Shown here one piece after another: positions 1 to 9,510 of a stretch of 64,000 bases of DNA; position 1 is the stretch's first letter; each line of letters begins with the position of its first letter. Under the pieces are notes generated by a model. The model made no database searches, was not told where the DNA came from, and saw only the letters and a program-made list of their open reading frames with translations. This DNA is from an uncultured archaeon (lineage in GTDB: Archaea > Asgardarchaeota > Hermodarchaeia > Hermodarchaeales > Hermodarchaeaceae): positions 32,001-96,000 of the forward strand of contig CAYFXC010000002.1 of assembly GCA_964347045.1 (NCBI GenBank), in the 5' to 3' direction. Both the position numbers and the translations under genes were made by a program.

Positions 1-282
1 CCTAAATGTAGTGTCACCGCCTTGGATGTTGTACGGTTTCCAAGGTCAAAGGATTCGGATTCAAAAACATCGAATATCTCTGGAAAACCCATGGAATTTT
101 TTTACTCATGTCTTACTTGCCAACACACAACTAGCGAACCTGTCGTTACTCTACTTTGCACTGAATGTGGGTCACAATTTCAACCTGATGAAGCTGCTTA
201 TCGAAACATGGATCGACTTGTTCTGAACCTACCTATCGCTGAATCACTTATTCAAAAAGTCGAAGACCAAAATGCAGAGTAA
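1..282 (+). CDS. C-terminal part of a TackOD1-like multi-zinc-finger protein (5' truncated by window edge)
   Basis: Frame is open from base 1 (PKCSVTAL...). YSCLTCQHTTSEPVVTLLCTECGSQFQPDEA...LVLN aligns with YQCPQCNSSFKQPQMIFVCHSCHNITEPENA...YVLN of ORF 41870..43246. Confidence 0.7.
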   Translation, partial: PKCSVTALDVVRFPRSKDSDSKTSNISGKPMEFFYSCLTCQHTTSEPVVTLLCTECGSQFQPDEAAYRNMDRLVLNLPIAESLIQKVEDQNAE

Positions 283-295
283 TAATCAGGAACCG

Positions 296-847
296 TTAAA
301 TCCTATCCCAAGGTTTCCCAGATTTTTCAAACGATGCATAGATTTTCTTTGCTAAAGATTCAAAGACGTCATTAACGTTAAAATCATCCTTTGCACTACT
401 TTCTAAGAAGTCCATTTTTAATTGCTTTGCGGCAGATTCACCATCCTCTTCTGAAACGACACGTTGTTCATTCAAGTCGGATTTACAACCAACTAAGACC
501 AGGGGAATGCCTTCACACCGTTGATAGACTTGTTGCATCCAATGATCAATTCGATTAAAGGATTGTTGGTCAGTTACATCGTAGGCAATGATAGCTCCAG
601 CTGCTCCCTCAAAATATAGACCGCGGATGAAATCGAAGCGTTCTTGTCCACCAGTATCGTAAATTACGAGTTTAATGTTTGTATCATCATTGAGTGTGAT
701 TTGTTTGGTGAAAAAGTCAACACCTAATGTGAATAGGTAGCTTTCATCGAATTGTCCAGTTGTATAACGACGGGCAAGAGAAGTCTTTCCGACCCCAGCG
801 TCGCCAACCACTATGACTTTGTAGACAACTTCGGCGAGTTCTTCCAT
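296..847 (-). CDS. Rab-like small GTPase (Ras superfamily)
   Basis: G1 GDAGVGKT, LGVDF, G3 DTGGQERF, YFEGA, IAYDVT, G4 CKSD, G5 SSAK. No C-terminal prenylation cysteines. Confidence 0.95.
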   Translation of the reverse strand: MEELAEVVYKVIVVGDAGVGKTSLARRYTTGQFDESYLFTLGVDFFTKQITLNDDTNIKLVIYDTGGQERFDFIRGLYFEGAAGAIIAYDVTDQQSFNRIDHWMQQVYQRCEGIPLVLVGCKSDLNEQRVVSEEDGESAAKQLKMDFLESSAKDDFNVNDVFESLAKKIYASFEKSGKPWDRI

Positions 848-1076
848 TCAGTTTTTCACCCTCTGGGTTCCTAGATTACCACTTGCAGACGTGCCTTTAA
901 GTGCTTCGTGTTAATTTGTGGGTTAGGGGCGAAGTTTAGGGTATCTACAACGATATTAGAAGTTGAATAGCGGTAATTGAAAATATTTGAAATTTCTAGT
1001 GGCAAGCGAAAGTCCTTTTGGGGTGAATGATGCAGTAGAAGGGTTAACATCCGGCCAGTTTGCGTAGGTTTTGATT

Positions 1077-2387
1077 ATGCCCGAAAAGAAAAACCAATTC
1101 AATTTACCAGTTGAACAATTACCGCGAAAGTGGTACAATTTAGCAGCAGATTTACCTGAACCCATACCCCCTCCAACGGATCCCAAAGAGGGACCATCAC
1201 GATTAGAAATGCTTCCAAAATTCTTGCTAAAAACTGTCCTTGAACAAGAAGACTCCACTGAACGCTGGATTAACATCCCAGAAGGAATCCGAGAGCTATT
1301 TATACAAGCAGGACGACCACGTCCCCTAATGAGGGCGATTCGGCTAGAAAAAGCTCTGAAGCTGCCAACAAACATTCGCCTCTATTATAAACGTGAAGAT
1401 CTTTCGCCAACTGGTTCACATAAAGTCAATACCGCTTTGGCTCAAACCTACTATGCTGTGAAAGAGGGATATCCAGAAGTCACCACAGAAACTGGAGCAG
1501 GTCAATGGGGCTCTGCTCTCTCTTATGCCGCTTCATTGAACGAGCTTCGATGTCGAGTCTTTTGGGTACGAGCAGCCTATCGGTGGAAACCAGGGCGTAG
1601 AACGCTTATGAATTTGTATGGAGCAGATGTGTTCGCTTCACCAAGCAAAGAAACAGAATTTGGACATAAATTACTCAAAGAAAATCCCCAGCATGTTGGT
1701 AGTTTGGGAATTGCAATTAGTGAGGGCATAGAGGATGCATTGAACCGTGATGGTAGCATCTATTGTCTGGGTAGCGTACTCAGCCATGTGCTGCTTCATC
1801 AAACAGTTATTGGACTTGAAACTCTAGAGCAATTTAAGATTGCTGAAGATAATCCTACTCTTCTTGTCGGATGTTTTGGTGGCGGGAGTAATTTCGGTGG
1901 ATTTAGCCTACCATTCATTGGTGAAGTACTCCAAGGCAAACGAGAATGCAATTTCCTTGCAGCACAAAGTGAAGCCTCACCAAACCTGGTGAAAGGTAAG
2001 TACATCTACGACCATGGAGATCATGCGGGATTAACACCACTTTTGAAAATGTACTCACTGGGACACAACGCAGAGATGCCTGAAATTTGGGCAGAAGGTA
2101 TCCGATATTCTGCTGCAGCCCCCATGATGAGCGCGGTTCGAAAACTTGGTCTGCTTGAAGCCGTTGCATATCCGGTGGATGAGGTTTATGTCTACTCTCA
2201 AGCCCGACGATTTATTCAAACAGAGGGATTCATCCCAGCACCAGAATCATCCTATGGAGTATGTGCAGCTATTGATAAAGCCCTTGAGTTCAAAGAAAAA
2301 GGGGAAGACGCTGTTATTGCGTTTAATATCTCCGGACATGGCTTCCTTGATATGCAAGCTTTTGCAAAGCCACTAAAAATCGAATAA
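1077..2387 (+). CDS. trpB2: Tryptophan synthase beta chain, TrpB2 type
   Basis: Long N-terminus PRKWYNLAADLP, PLP lysine SHKVNTA, TETGAGQWG, GGGSNFGG, PAPESS, NISGHG. ATG at 1077; ORF track start 1071. Confidence 0.92.
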   Translation: MPEKKNQFNLPVEQLPRKWYNLAADLPEPIPPPTDPKEGPSRLEMLPKFLLKTVLEQEDSTERWINIPEGIRELFIQAGRPRPLMRAIRLEKALKLPTNIRLYYKREDLSPTGSHKVNTALAQTYYAVKEGYPEVTTETGAGQWGSALSYAASLNELRCRVFWVRAAYRWKPGRRTLMNLYGADVFASPSKETEFGHKLLKENPQHVGSLGIAISEGIEDALNRDGSIYCLGSVLSHVLLHQTVIGLETLEQFKIAEDNPTLLVGCFGGGSNFGGFSLPFIGEVLQGKRECNFLAAQSEASPNLVKGKYIYDHGDHAGLTPLLKMYSLGHNAEMPEIWAEGIRYSAAAPMMSAVRKLGLLEAVAYPVDEVYVYSQARRFIQTEGFIPAPESSYGVCAAIDKALEFKEKGEDAVIAFNISGHGFLDMQAFAKPLKIE

Positions 2388-2425
2388 CAACTATCGTACA
2401 GAGATTCTTGTAACAAGAATGAGTA

Positions 2426-2827
2426 TTAGGCAACTTTCTGTTCAAGTTCTTCTATTAATTGTTTGATTCGATTTCCGTAGGTCTCAATTTGCTCGCCCAT
2501 ATATTGTGAACGTCGAGGTAATTCTATGAGCTGATTTCCCATTTCCTTTAAGTCAAGATAATTCAATTCTTCAATTCGTTTTGCAAGGGGATGACTTCGT
2601 TTTCGGAGGGTCTCTTCCATATCGTCCATTCTTACCTGTACATCGAGCATAATTGCAGCAGCTTCTTTTGCTGCGGATTTCTGACCTGCGAATTCACCAT
2701 ATGGAAAGAAAAGACGCCACGCCACATTCCGGCTTTTTGGGCGGATAATATTATCTAATCTCTCAAGAATGTTATTTAGCAAGTCTATAATATGGCTTAA
2801 TTGTCTAAGGATTGGGTCGGTTCCCAA
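2426..2827 (-). CDS. Hypothetical helical protein
   Basis: 133 aa ORF co-oriented downstream of oppF; amphipathic helical pattern; no recognised motif. Confidence 0.6.
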   Translation of the reverse strand: MGTDPILRQLSHIIDLLNNILERLDNIIRPKSRNVAWRLFFPYGEFAGQKSAAKEAAAIMLDVQVRMDDMEETLRKRSHPLAKRIEELNYLDLKEMGNQLIELPRRSQYMGEQIETYGNRIKQLIEELEQKVA

Positions 2828-2860
2828 AGTGATTTCACAACCAACAAAAGATGTTGGCAG

Positions 2861-3913
2861 TTAGGATTTAGCCTTTTCCTTTAGTTGAGCCGCGGGATCG
2901 AATCCAAGACGCAGGGGAGGTCGTGGGAACCAGCAGGCAACCCAGTGACCTGGCTCAAGCTCTTCTAAGATAGGTTCAAACTTGCGGCATTTATCTTGGG
3001 CAAATTCACAACGTGGAGCAAATAGACAGCCAGGAGGTGTATTAATGGGGCTACCGGGTTCACCGGGAAGTACTTTGCGTTTTCGTTGACTAGTTGGATC
3101 CGGAGAAGGAACCGCGGAAATTAAAGCTTGGCTGTATGGATGAACGGACCCATGGATGACTTGTTCAATGGAACCTTTTTCCATAATTTTACCTAAATAC
3201 ATGATGGCAATTCGATCGCCAATATAACTGGCAACAGATAGGTCATGGGTCACGTAGACGTATGCAATATGAAATTCGCGTCGGATTTCTTCAAGAAGAT
3301 TGAGAATTTCTGAGCGAATGGACACATCAAGCATTGATACTGGTTCATCGGCAACGATAAATGCGGGATTAACGACGATTGCTCGAGCAATAGCAACACG
3401 TTGTCGTTGACCACCACTAAGTTCGTGAGGATACCGGAAGGTAAACTCTTCGGCAGGAACTAGTTGTACAGCTTCAAGGGCCCGGACAACACGAGCTTCT
3501 TCATCAGCTCCATCTTTGGCAATCTTATTTAGCCGAAGTGGCTCTGCAATTGTATCATAAAGGCTAAGTCGGGGGTTCAGTGAGGAATAGGGATCTTGAA
3601 AAATCGTTTGCATCCGTGCTCGGAGTCGGCGGAGTTCACGGCGGCTAATCTTGTTCAGATCTTTTCCATCAAATTCGACCATACCCTCTGTCGGCTTAAT
3701 CAGGCCAACGAGTAGTTTACCAGTTGTCGTTTTACCGCAACCAGATTCACCTGCAAGACAATAGAGCTCTTCGGGGTAGATGTCTAAATCGACGCCGTCG
3801 ACTGCTTTGAGAAATACTTCTCCACCAAGAAGTTGGGAGAAGAACCCCGCACTAACAGAGAACCATTTTCTTAGTCCACGACAACTTATAATGGGCTCTT
3901 TTCCTCTGCTCAT
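2861..3913 (-). CDS. oppF: Oligopeptide/dipeptide ABC transporter ATPase (OppF/DppF)
   Basis: GESGCGKTT, LSGGQRQR, ADEP, C-terminal GCLFAPRC...VACW domain. Confidence 0.93.
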   Translation of the reverse strand: MSRGKEPIISCRGLRKWFSVSAGFFSQLLGGEVFLKAVDGVDLDIYPEELYCLAGESGCGKTTTGKLLVGLIKPTEGMVEFDGKDLNKISRRELRRLRARMQTIFQDPYSSLNPRLSLYDTIAEPLRLNKIAKDGADEEARVVRALEAVQLVPAEEFTFRYPHELSGGQRQRVAIARAIVVNPAFIVADEPVSMLDVSIRSEILNLLEEIRREFHIAYVYVTHDLSVASYIGDRIAIMYLGKIMEKGSIEQVIHGSVHPYSQALISAVPSPDPTSQRKRKVLPGEPGSPINTPPGCLFAPRCEFAQDKCRKFEPILEELEPGHWVACWFPRPPLRLGFDPAAQLKEKAKS

Positions 3914-4917
3914 TATTTACCCTCCTCTTTGCCTGGCGACCATCTGTCATCTTTTATCCGACCACTCGCTAAAAAACAGGCTGCCTTATGCCCTGGGCTA
4001 ACATCTAATAGTGGAGGATCCTCGATTTTACAAAGTTCTTGGGCGTATGTGCATCGAGGATGAAATCGGCATCCCGGAGGGGGATCCAGCAGATTAGGAG
4101 GTGACCCGGGGATTGATGCAAGTGTTTGATCGCTCGATTTTTCGATCGATGGAATTGAAGCAATTAGCCCTTGTGCGTAGGGGTGCCAGGGATGCTGGAA
4201 AATTTCTAAAACAGCACCGGTTTCAACGATTTTACCAGCGTACATGATGAAGACGTTATTACACGTTTCAGCAACAACCGATAAGTCATGAGTAATTAAC
4301 ATGAGCGTGATTCCCAGATCAGCAACTAGTTTTTGCAGTAACTGCATGATTTGTGCCTGAACAGTGACATCAAGAGCCGTTGTCGGTTCGTCCGCAATAA
4401 GAAACTTCGGATCACACGCCAGTGCCATCACGATCATAGCTCGTTGTTTCATGCCACCACTAAACTCGAATGGATAATGGTCAACTCTATCAGGATCCAT
4501 TCCAACGAGTTTGAATAGATCTTTTGTCTTTTCTAGCGCTTCGCCCTTGGTCAAATCTGGATTGTGTTTAATCATTGCCTCGGTAATCTGGTCACTGACA
4601 CGAAGAATAGGATTAAGGGCATTCATCGCGCCTTGGAAGACCATGGCGATTTGTGTCCAGCGGAAGTCTCGCATCTCCTCGTCATTGAGAGTAGCGATAT
4701 CTACATCGTCAAGGAAGATGTGCCCGCTCATAATTTCTCCGGGTTCCGGTAACATGCGAAGGATAGCAAATGCAACTGTACTTTTACCGCATCCTGATTC
4801 ACCGACGAGGCCGACCGAGTCACCAGCCTCGATGCTAAATGTAACATCTTCAACCGCTTGACAGTTCCCGCGTCGCATACAATAGTACACTACGAGATTT
4901 TCAACTCTTAATGCCAT
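3913..4917 (-). CDS. oppD: Oligopeptide/dipeptide ABC transporter ATPase (OppD/DppD)
   Basis: GESGCGKST, FSGGMKQR, ADEPTTALDVT, GCRFHPRC. Confidence 0.93.
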   Translation of the reverse strand: MALRVENLVVYYCMRRGNCQAVEDVTFSIEAGDSVGLVGESGCGKSTVAFAILRMLPEPGEIMSGHIFLDDVDIATLNDEEMRDFRWTQIAMVFQGAMNALNPILRVSDQITEAMIKHNPDLTKGEALEKTKDLFKLVGMDPDRVDHYPFEFSGGMKQRAMIVMALACDPKFLIADEPTTALDVTVQAQIMQLLQKLVADLGITLMLITHDLSVVAETCNNVFIMYAGKIVETGAVLEIFQHPWHPYAQGLIASIPSIEKSSDQTLASIPGSPPNLLDPPPGCRFHPRCTYAQELCKIEDPPLLDVSPGHKAACFLASGRIKDDRWSPGKEEGK

Positions 4918-4928
4918 TTGAACCTCAC

Positions 4929-6440
4929 CTATAGTCTCCTTAGGCGTGGATTGAGTGCTTTATCAACAGCATACCCTATAAAGATAAAGCCCATTGATAA
5001 TAACGCAATACATAAGCCTGGTGGCATGAAAAACCACCAAGCTGGTGGAATCTGAGTCAGGGCAGCTTGATTGTAAGCGGCTTGTAACATCCGTCCCCAA
5101 GAAACAAGGTTTTGAGGTGTGAGTCCTAAGAAGCTTAATCCCGCTTCAGAAAGAATTGCACCTGAAACTCCTGTTGCAAGTTGTACGAAGACAATCGTGA
5201 GCACATTGGGAAACACGTGACGAAAGACTAGGTATACATCGCCTGCACCCGCTGCTTTTGCGGCTTCCACATAGGCTTTTTCTTTCTCAACAAGCACTTG
5301 GGAGCGAATCACTCGTGCAGGTCCAGGCCATGCGAACAAAGCGATCACAAAGACCGTTATCCCCAAACTTGGAGTCAAAATCGCGGACAGTATCATCATA
5401 ATAGGCAATGTGGGCATGATAATAAAGAAATCAGTTACCCGCATCGCCGCTTCATCGACAGCGCCACCAAAGTATCCTGCAGCTAAACCCAATAGTAAAC
5501 CTACTGCAACACCGATGAAGGTCGCAACAATACCTATGAATAATGAGACTTGGGCACCCCAGAATAACTGGGCCATGACATCTTGACCTCTATCGGTTGT
5601 GCCTAAAGAACCCCAAAAGTGGCTATAGCCCATTAGTTGAACATCATCAGCCCACAAAGAAACAGTTCCAACTCGATCTCTATTTGCTTCTGTTTCTATG
5701 AACTCCATAAAGATTCGAACCGTCACTTCTTCACCTGGCAGAAGGGCGCGGTTCATCACTTGGCTTGTAATGATATTCGTAAAAGTCTGCCAACTTCGAG
5801 GATAGGAAGGAAATACAGTAAAGGTGTATTGAGAAGGAGCGATTATTGATACATCAAGGTTTTCACTCATGATTCGAAAATAGATTCGCACCGAATTATC
5901 TGTTAGGTTTCCAGTTACATCGGCTTGTACCGTGAAATAGAGATAGGCTAACGCTGGAGGAAGGTGCTCCCATGTAAATGTTACATCAGCGTGGACACGT
6001 TCTCCAAAGAACGTTTCATTATTATCATTATCTGTGAGCTGCAAAACAAGTGATCGGTTGGTCCCCGTTGTACTTCCATACCAATCAGTGGAATCATAGT
6101 ACCATGAAGCTTGCGGAGATGAATCATTAATAACCCAAGAATTGTCAACATCAAAAAATGAATCTGGGATGAAGTTCTGAGCAGGAGGAATTTGAATATT
6201 GTTGCCCAAATCACCTGAGGAGGTCCAAGACATCCATTGAGGAGCCGCATAATCAGGTCCCACTCGTACCAACACACCAGGGTATAGAGGGAAGATAGTG
6301 GGCGCAAATATTGCCATCAAAAAAAACCAAATTACAAGGAATAGGCCAAAAATTCCTTGTTTAACTTCACTATATCGACTCCAAACACCTCTAGCACGTT
6401 CAAATATCGATAACCGGTGTTTAAACCGTGTACGGCTCAT
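4929..6440 (-). CDS. oppC: Peptide ABC transporter permease OppC with a large inserted extracellular domain
   Basis: LGTTDRGQD, YVEAAKAAGA (EAA loop), EAGLSFLGL, NPRLR. About 200 aa soluble insert after TM1. Confidence 0.9.
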   Translation of the reverse strand: MSRTRFKHRLSIFERARGVWSRYSEVKQGIFGLFLVIWFFLMAIFAPTIFPLYPGVLVRVGPDYAAPQWMSWTSSGDLGNNIQIPPAQNFIPDSFFDVDNSWVINDSSPQASWYYDSTDWYGSTTGTNRSLVLQLTDNDNNETFFGERVHADVTFTWEHLPPALAYLYFTVQADVTGNLTDNSVRIYFRIMSENLDVSIIAPSQYTFTVFPSYPRSWQTFTNIITSQVMNRALLPGEEVTVRIFMEFIETEANRDRVGTVSLWADDVQLMGYSHFWGSLGTTDRGQDVMAQLFWGAQVSLFIGIVATFIGVAVGLLLGLAAGYFGGAVDEAAMRVTDFFIIMPTLPIMMILSAILTPSLGITVFVIALFAWPGPARVIRSQVLVEKEKAYVEAAKAAGAGDVYLVFRHVFPNVLTIVFVQLATGVSGAILSEAGLSFLGLTPQNLVSWGRMLQAAYNQAALTQIPPAWWFFMPPGLCIALLSMGFIFIGYAVDKALNPRLRRL

Positions 6441-6612
6441 AATTGTTCACCTATGAAAATCCATATTCTCTTTGAAATGGTATTATACGGTAAAACAGAG
6501 TCCGACCTGCTTAAAAGTTATATTAAGTTGACGGTATATGCAGGAATTATAGTTGCCTTCATCGATGGCTTAAAAACATTGGAGGCTTCAAAATAAAAAT
6601 GCGGGACTGATT

Positions 6613-7116
6613 ATGATACGACGGACAAGAAGCCTCATTTTTTTATCTATCATTCTTGGATCCACTGTCATTTTAGGAATGTCCACATATTACCAAGCAG
6701 ATACCTATCGTGCTTTCAGTTTTAATATAGAAATCACTGAAATTCGCTTGGTTAAAAATGAAACAAGTGGACAGTACCACCGAATCGAAGTACGAATACG
6801 CATGGATAATCCTTCCCAAACAACTTCAATTTTCTTTAAATGGACAGACACGCGTATCTGGCTAAATGGTGACACACTTCGTTACGGTTGGGGCATCAAA
6901 GGACATCAGTTTTTTCTTCAACCCGGCGAATTCTACGAGCTTGGATGGCATTATGCAACCCCTGAAGATGATTGGGTGCAACTTCAGCAAGCAGAATCTA
7001 GTGGAAACTGGAATTGGAATCTTTATCAAGAACCCCTTGTTGAGGCAGGTTTTCTAGGAACCATAGAAGTTATTCGTTTGAATACATTTCAAGGCATTAC
7101 CATCGTTCCCCCCTAA
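6613..7116 (+). CDS. Membrane-anchored hypothetical protein, possibly LEA_2-like beta sandwich
   Basis: N-terminal TM followed by beta-strand pattern IEVRIRMDNPS...IWLNG. Confidence 0.55.
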   Translation: MIRRTRSLIFLSIILGSTVILGMSTYYQADTYRAFSFNIEITEIRLVKNETSGQYHRIEVRIRMDNPSQTTSIFFKWTDTRIWLNGDTLRYGWGIKGHQFFLQPGEFYELGWHYATPEDDWVQLQQAESSGNWNWNLYQEPLVEAGFLGTIEVIRLNTFQGITIVPP

Positions 7117-7385
7117 TTAGCTAAATAGCTTCTTCGAAGAGAAACTCGATCCATGCTAGGTTGGGGAAGATATCTTTCGGTTAGCCAGAGATATAGTAGA
7201 ATTACTACTGAAAAAAGAATAAGGAGAATTCCAATCCAAGCAATTAGGACTCCAATTACGGTGAAGAAAGAAAGAAGTGTTCCTATAATTACAATAATGA
7301 TGCCAATTAGGATAAACCACTTCAATGTTGGTTTTGTCTCCATTAACGCACGAAAACTCATTTGCCCAGACAATATCTTATACAC
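7113..7385 (-). CDS. Small 2-TM membrane protein
   Basis: Two hydrophobic helices; start codon uncertain. Confidence 0.55.
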   Translation of the reverse strand: MYKILSGQMSFRALMETKPTLKWFILIGIIIVIIGTLLSFFTVIGVLIAWIGILLILFSVVILLYLWLTERYLPQPSMDRVSLRRSYLAN

Positions 7386-7506
7386 CTTATTTAGCCTGTT
7401 AGGTGTTCTATTTCATTGAACACACTATATTCACTTCCTCTTTAGATAATTTTATTAGTCTTAGCATTTCAGGAGATTCAATAAAAGGTATCTGAAGTGG
7501 AAGAAA

Positions 7507-8529
7507 ATGGGTTTGCGGAATTATTTGATAAAGCGTGTCATTATCGCAATTATCCTTTTTATCGCAGTAGTGATTTTTAATTTCTTTCTATTCCGAATCC
7601 CCGTATTTGTCTTCGGAATTGACCCAGCCATGCTTTATATTCAACCAGGCATGGATCCAAGAGCAATTGAACACATTCGACGCATATACCAACTTCCTCC
7701 GGCTGACGCGACCTGGTTTGACTGGTTTCTCCATTTTATTGCATATATGCGAAATATGTTCACTCTACAATTCGGCACTAGCTTTTCTACAGGTGACCCT
7801 GTTGTTGAAGAGATTATGGAACGCCTTCCCAATACCCTCCTTCTCATGGGAACCGCGATGCTTTTTGCTGTGATATTAGGGGTTGTCACCGGAATTATTG
7901 CTGCGAGTCGACATGGCGGGGCATTGGATACAGGGCTCATTACCTTTAGTTTGACCATGTATAGTTTACCAGTCTTTTGGCTCGGTATGGTCTTTCTCCT
8001 GGCTTTCTCCGTGCTTCCACAAATTTACTTGGGATTTCCCCTTTTCCCGTTAGGACATACCACGAGTGCGCCTGGCTCAATTCCCAATGATCCAATTTCT
8101 TATGCCTTAGACTTGGCTTGGCACTTGGTATTACCTGCTTTGACTTTGACATTAGCGTTTTTCGGGGGATATATGCTACTTATGCGCAACACTCTCGTTG
8201 ATGTCCTAACGGAAGATTACATTCTGACAGCTCGGGCAAAGGGACTTGAAGAACGTACAGTCTTATATAAGCATGGAGTCCGCAACGCCTTTCTGCCACT
8301 CATCTCACTCATTGCCATCAACTTTGCGTTCATCATTAGTGGAGCAGTGCTAACTGAAACTGTTTTCATATGGCTAGGAATGGGTCGACTACTTTACGGA
8401 GCCCTCACTGCAAATGATTGGCCAACAGCCCAAGGGATCTTCTTTATGATAGCCGCCACCGTTATAATAGCAAACATTATTGCGGACATCCTTTATGGTG
8501 TCCTTGATCCCCGAATTAAATACGGATAA
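7507..8529 (+). CDS. oppB: Peptide ABC transporter permease OppB
   Basis: RLPNTLLL, SLPVFWLG, HLVLPALTL, DYILTARAKGL, DPRIKY. Confidence 0.93.
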   Translation: MGLRNYLIKRVIIAIILFIAVVIFNFFLFRIPVFVFGIDPAMLYIQPGMDPRAIEHIRRIYQLPPADATWFDWFLHFIAYMRNMFTLQFGTSFSTGDPVVEEIMERLPNTLLLMGTAMLFAVILGVVTGIIAASRHGGALDTGLITFSLTMYSLPVFWLGMVFLLAFSVLPQIYLGFPLFPLGHTTSAPGSIPNDPISYALDLAWHLVLPALTLTLAFFGGYMLLMRNTLVDVLTEDYILTARAKGLEERTVLYKHGVRNAFLPLISLIAINFAFIISGAVLTETVFIWLGMGRLLYGALTANDWPTAQGIFFMIAATVIIANIIADILYGVLDPRIKYG

Positions 8530-8985
8530 ATGACGCAAACCCAAAGTCACTGGGAGTTCAGAACTGTGTCCTACAAAAAAAGTCGCATAGTATTTACCGT
8601 ATATGGAATGGTGGGAGCAGTAATCATCACGACAACAATTCTCCATTCAACCTATACCAACATCTTCCCACAAATTACTCAACTAGCTATTGTTCTCCTC
8701 TTTATACCCGCCTTCTTCTTGGGGATAATTTGTATTGAATTCAAAGATGCAATTCTTGCAATGATAGCCACAATGATCATTTCAATTTTTACCCTATCCA
8801 TAACTCGAGCTGCACCCGTTTTTCTAGGTGTAGTCACCCAAGATGTAACGTTTTTTATCATTTCACAATTTGCATTGAGTGTGCCCCTCTTTTTCCCGCT
8901 TGTTCTAATTTTTACCCTAGGCACTACTGCAGGTTTAATTGTTAATGAATTTGTGATTGAGCCCCGAACCAAGGATTTAATTTAA
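8530..8985 (+). CDS. Hypothetical 4-TM membrane protein
   Basis: Starts immediately after the oppB stop; four hydrophobic segments. Confidence 0.7.
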   Translation: MTQTQSHWEFRTVSYKKSRIVFTVYGMVGAVIITTTILHSTYTNIFPQITQLAIVLLFIPAFFLGIICIEFKDAILAMIATMIISIFTLSITRAAPVFLGVVTQDVTFFIISQFALSVPLFFPLVLIFTLGTTAGLIVNEFVIEPRTKDLI

Positions 8986-9025
8986 TTTATATTACGCTAC
9001 TCTGAAAATTAGAAGAATAAGTGAT

Positions 9026-9337
9026 TTGGAAATGACTGAAAAACGGAAGGTGAAAGTGGTTTATCGGCGATGGACCATCCTAGTCCCGATTATCTTGTTG
9101 ATTAGTGGCACCATTCTTATGTTCAGTTTTTGGTCAATTAACACAATCATTGCTCTTTTTGGGGGAATGTTAATTTTCATAGGAGTGCTTTCCTTAGGAC
9201 TTCTTCTGGTTATGATGATATCCCTTGAAGTTAGCTCACGATCACTACAACGTCAACGTCCTGTACCACCACCTTTGAGTGAAGATCTAAAACACGCGGA
9301 AAATGAAAAAGAAACAGACGCCCAAACTGAAAAATAG
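9026..9337 (+). CDS. Small 2-TM membrane protein
   Basis: Two TM helices with a charged, Pro-rich tail. Confidence 0.6.
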   Translation: MEMTEKRKVKVVYRRWTILVPIILLISGTILMFSFWSINTIIALFGGMLIFIGVLSLGLLLVMMISLEVSSRSLQRQRPVPPPLSEDLKHAENEKETDAQTEK

Positions 9338-9427
9338 AACACTTAGATCCTTATGAAATAGGGTTTCAAGCCAATTCTCCTTATTCCGAGGGGGCCAACC
9401 CTAGGTGTACTCGCCCCAACCATAGTG

Positions 9428-9496
9428 TATATATAGCTCCTTAGAGGAAGAAGTCTGACCTTTAGCGGCAGTGCTGAATTGCAAGGCCGCAAGGGT
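9428..9496 (+). promoter_or_regulatory. TATA box and 5'-leader hairpin of oppA
   Basis: TATATATA at 9428-9435; stem ACCUUU-A-GCGGC/GCCGC-AAGGGU at 9458-9496. Confidence 0.5.
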
Positions 9497-9510
9497 AGTA
9501 AACGGAAGGA

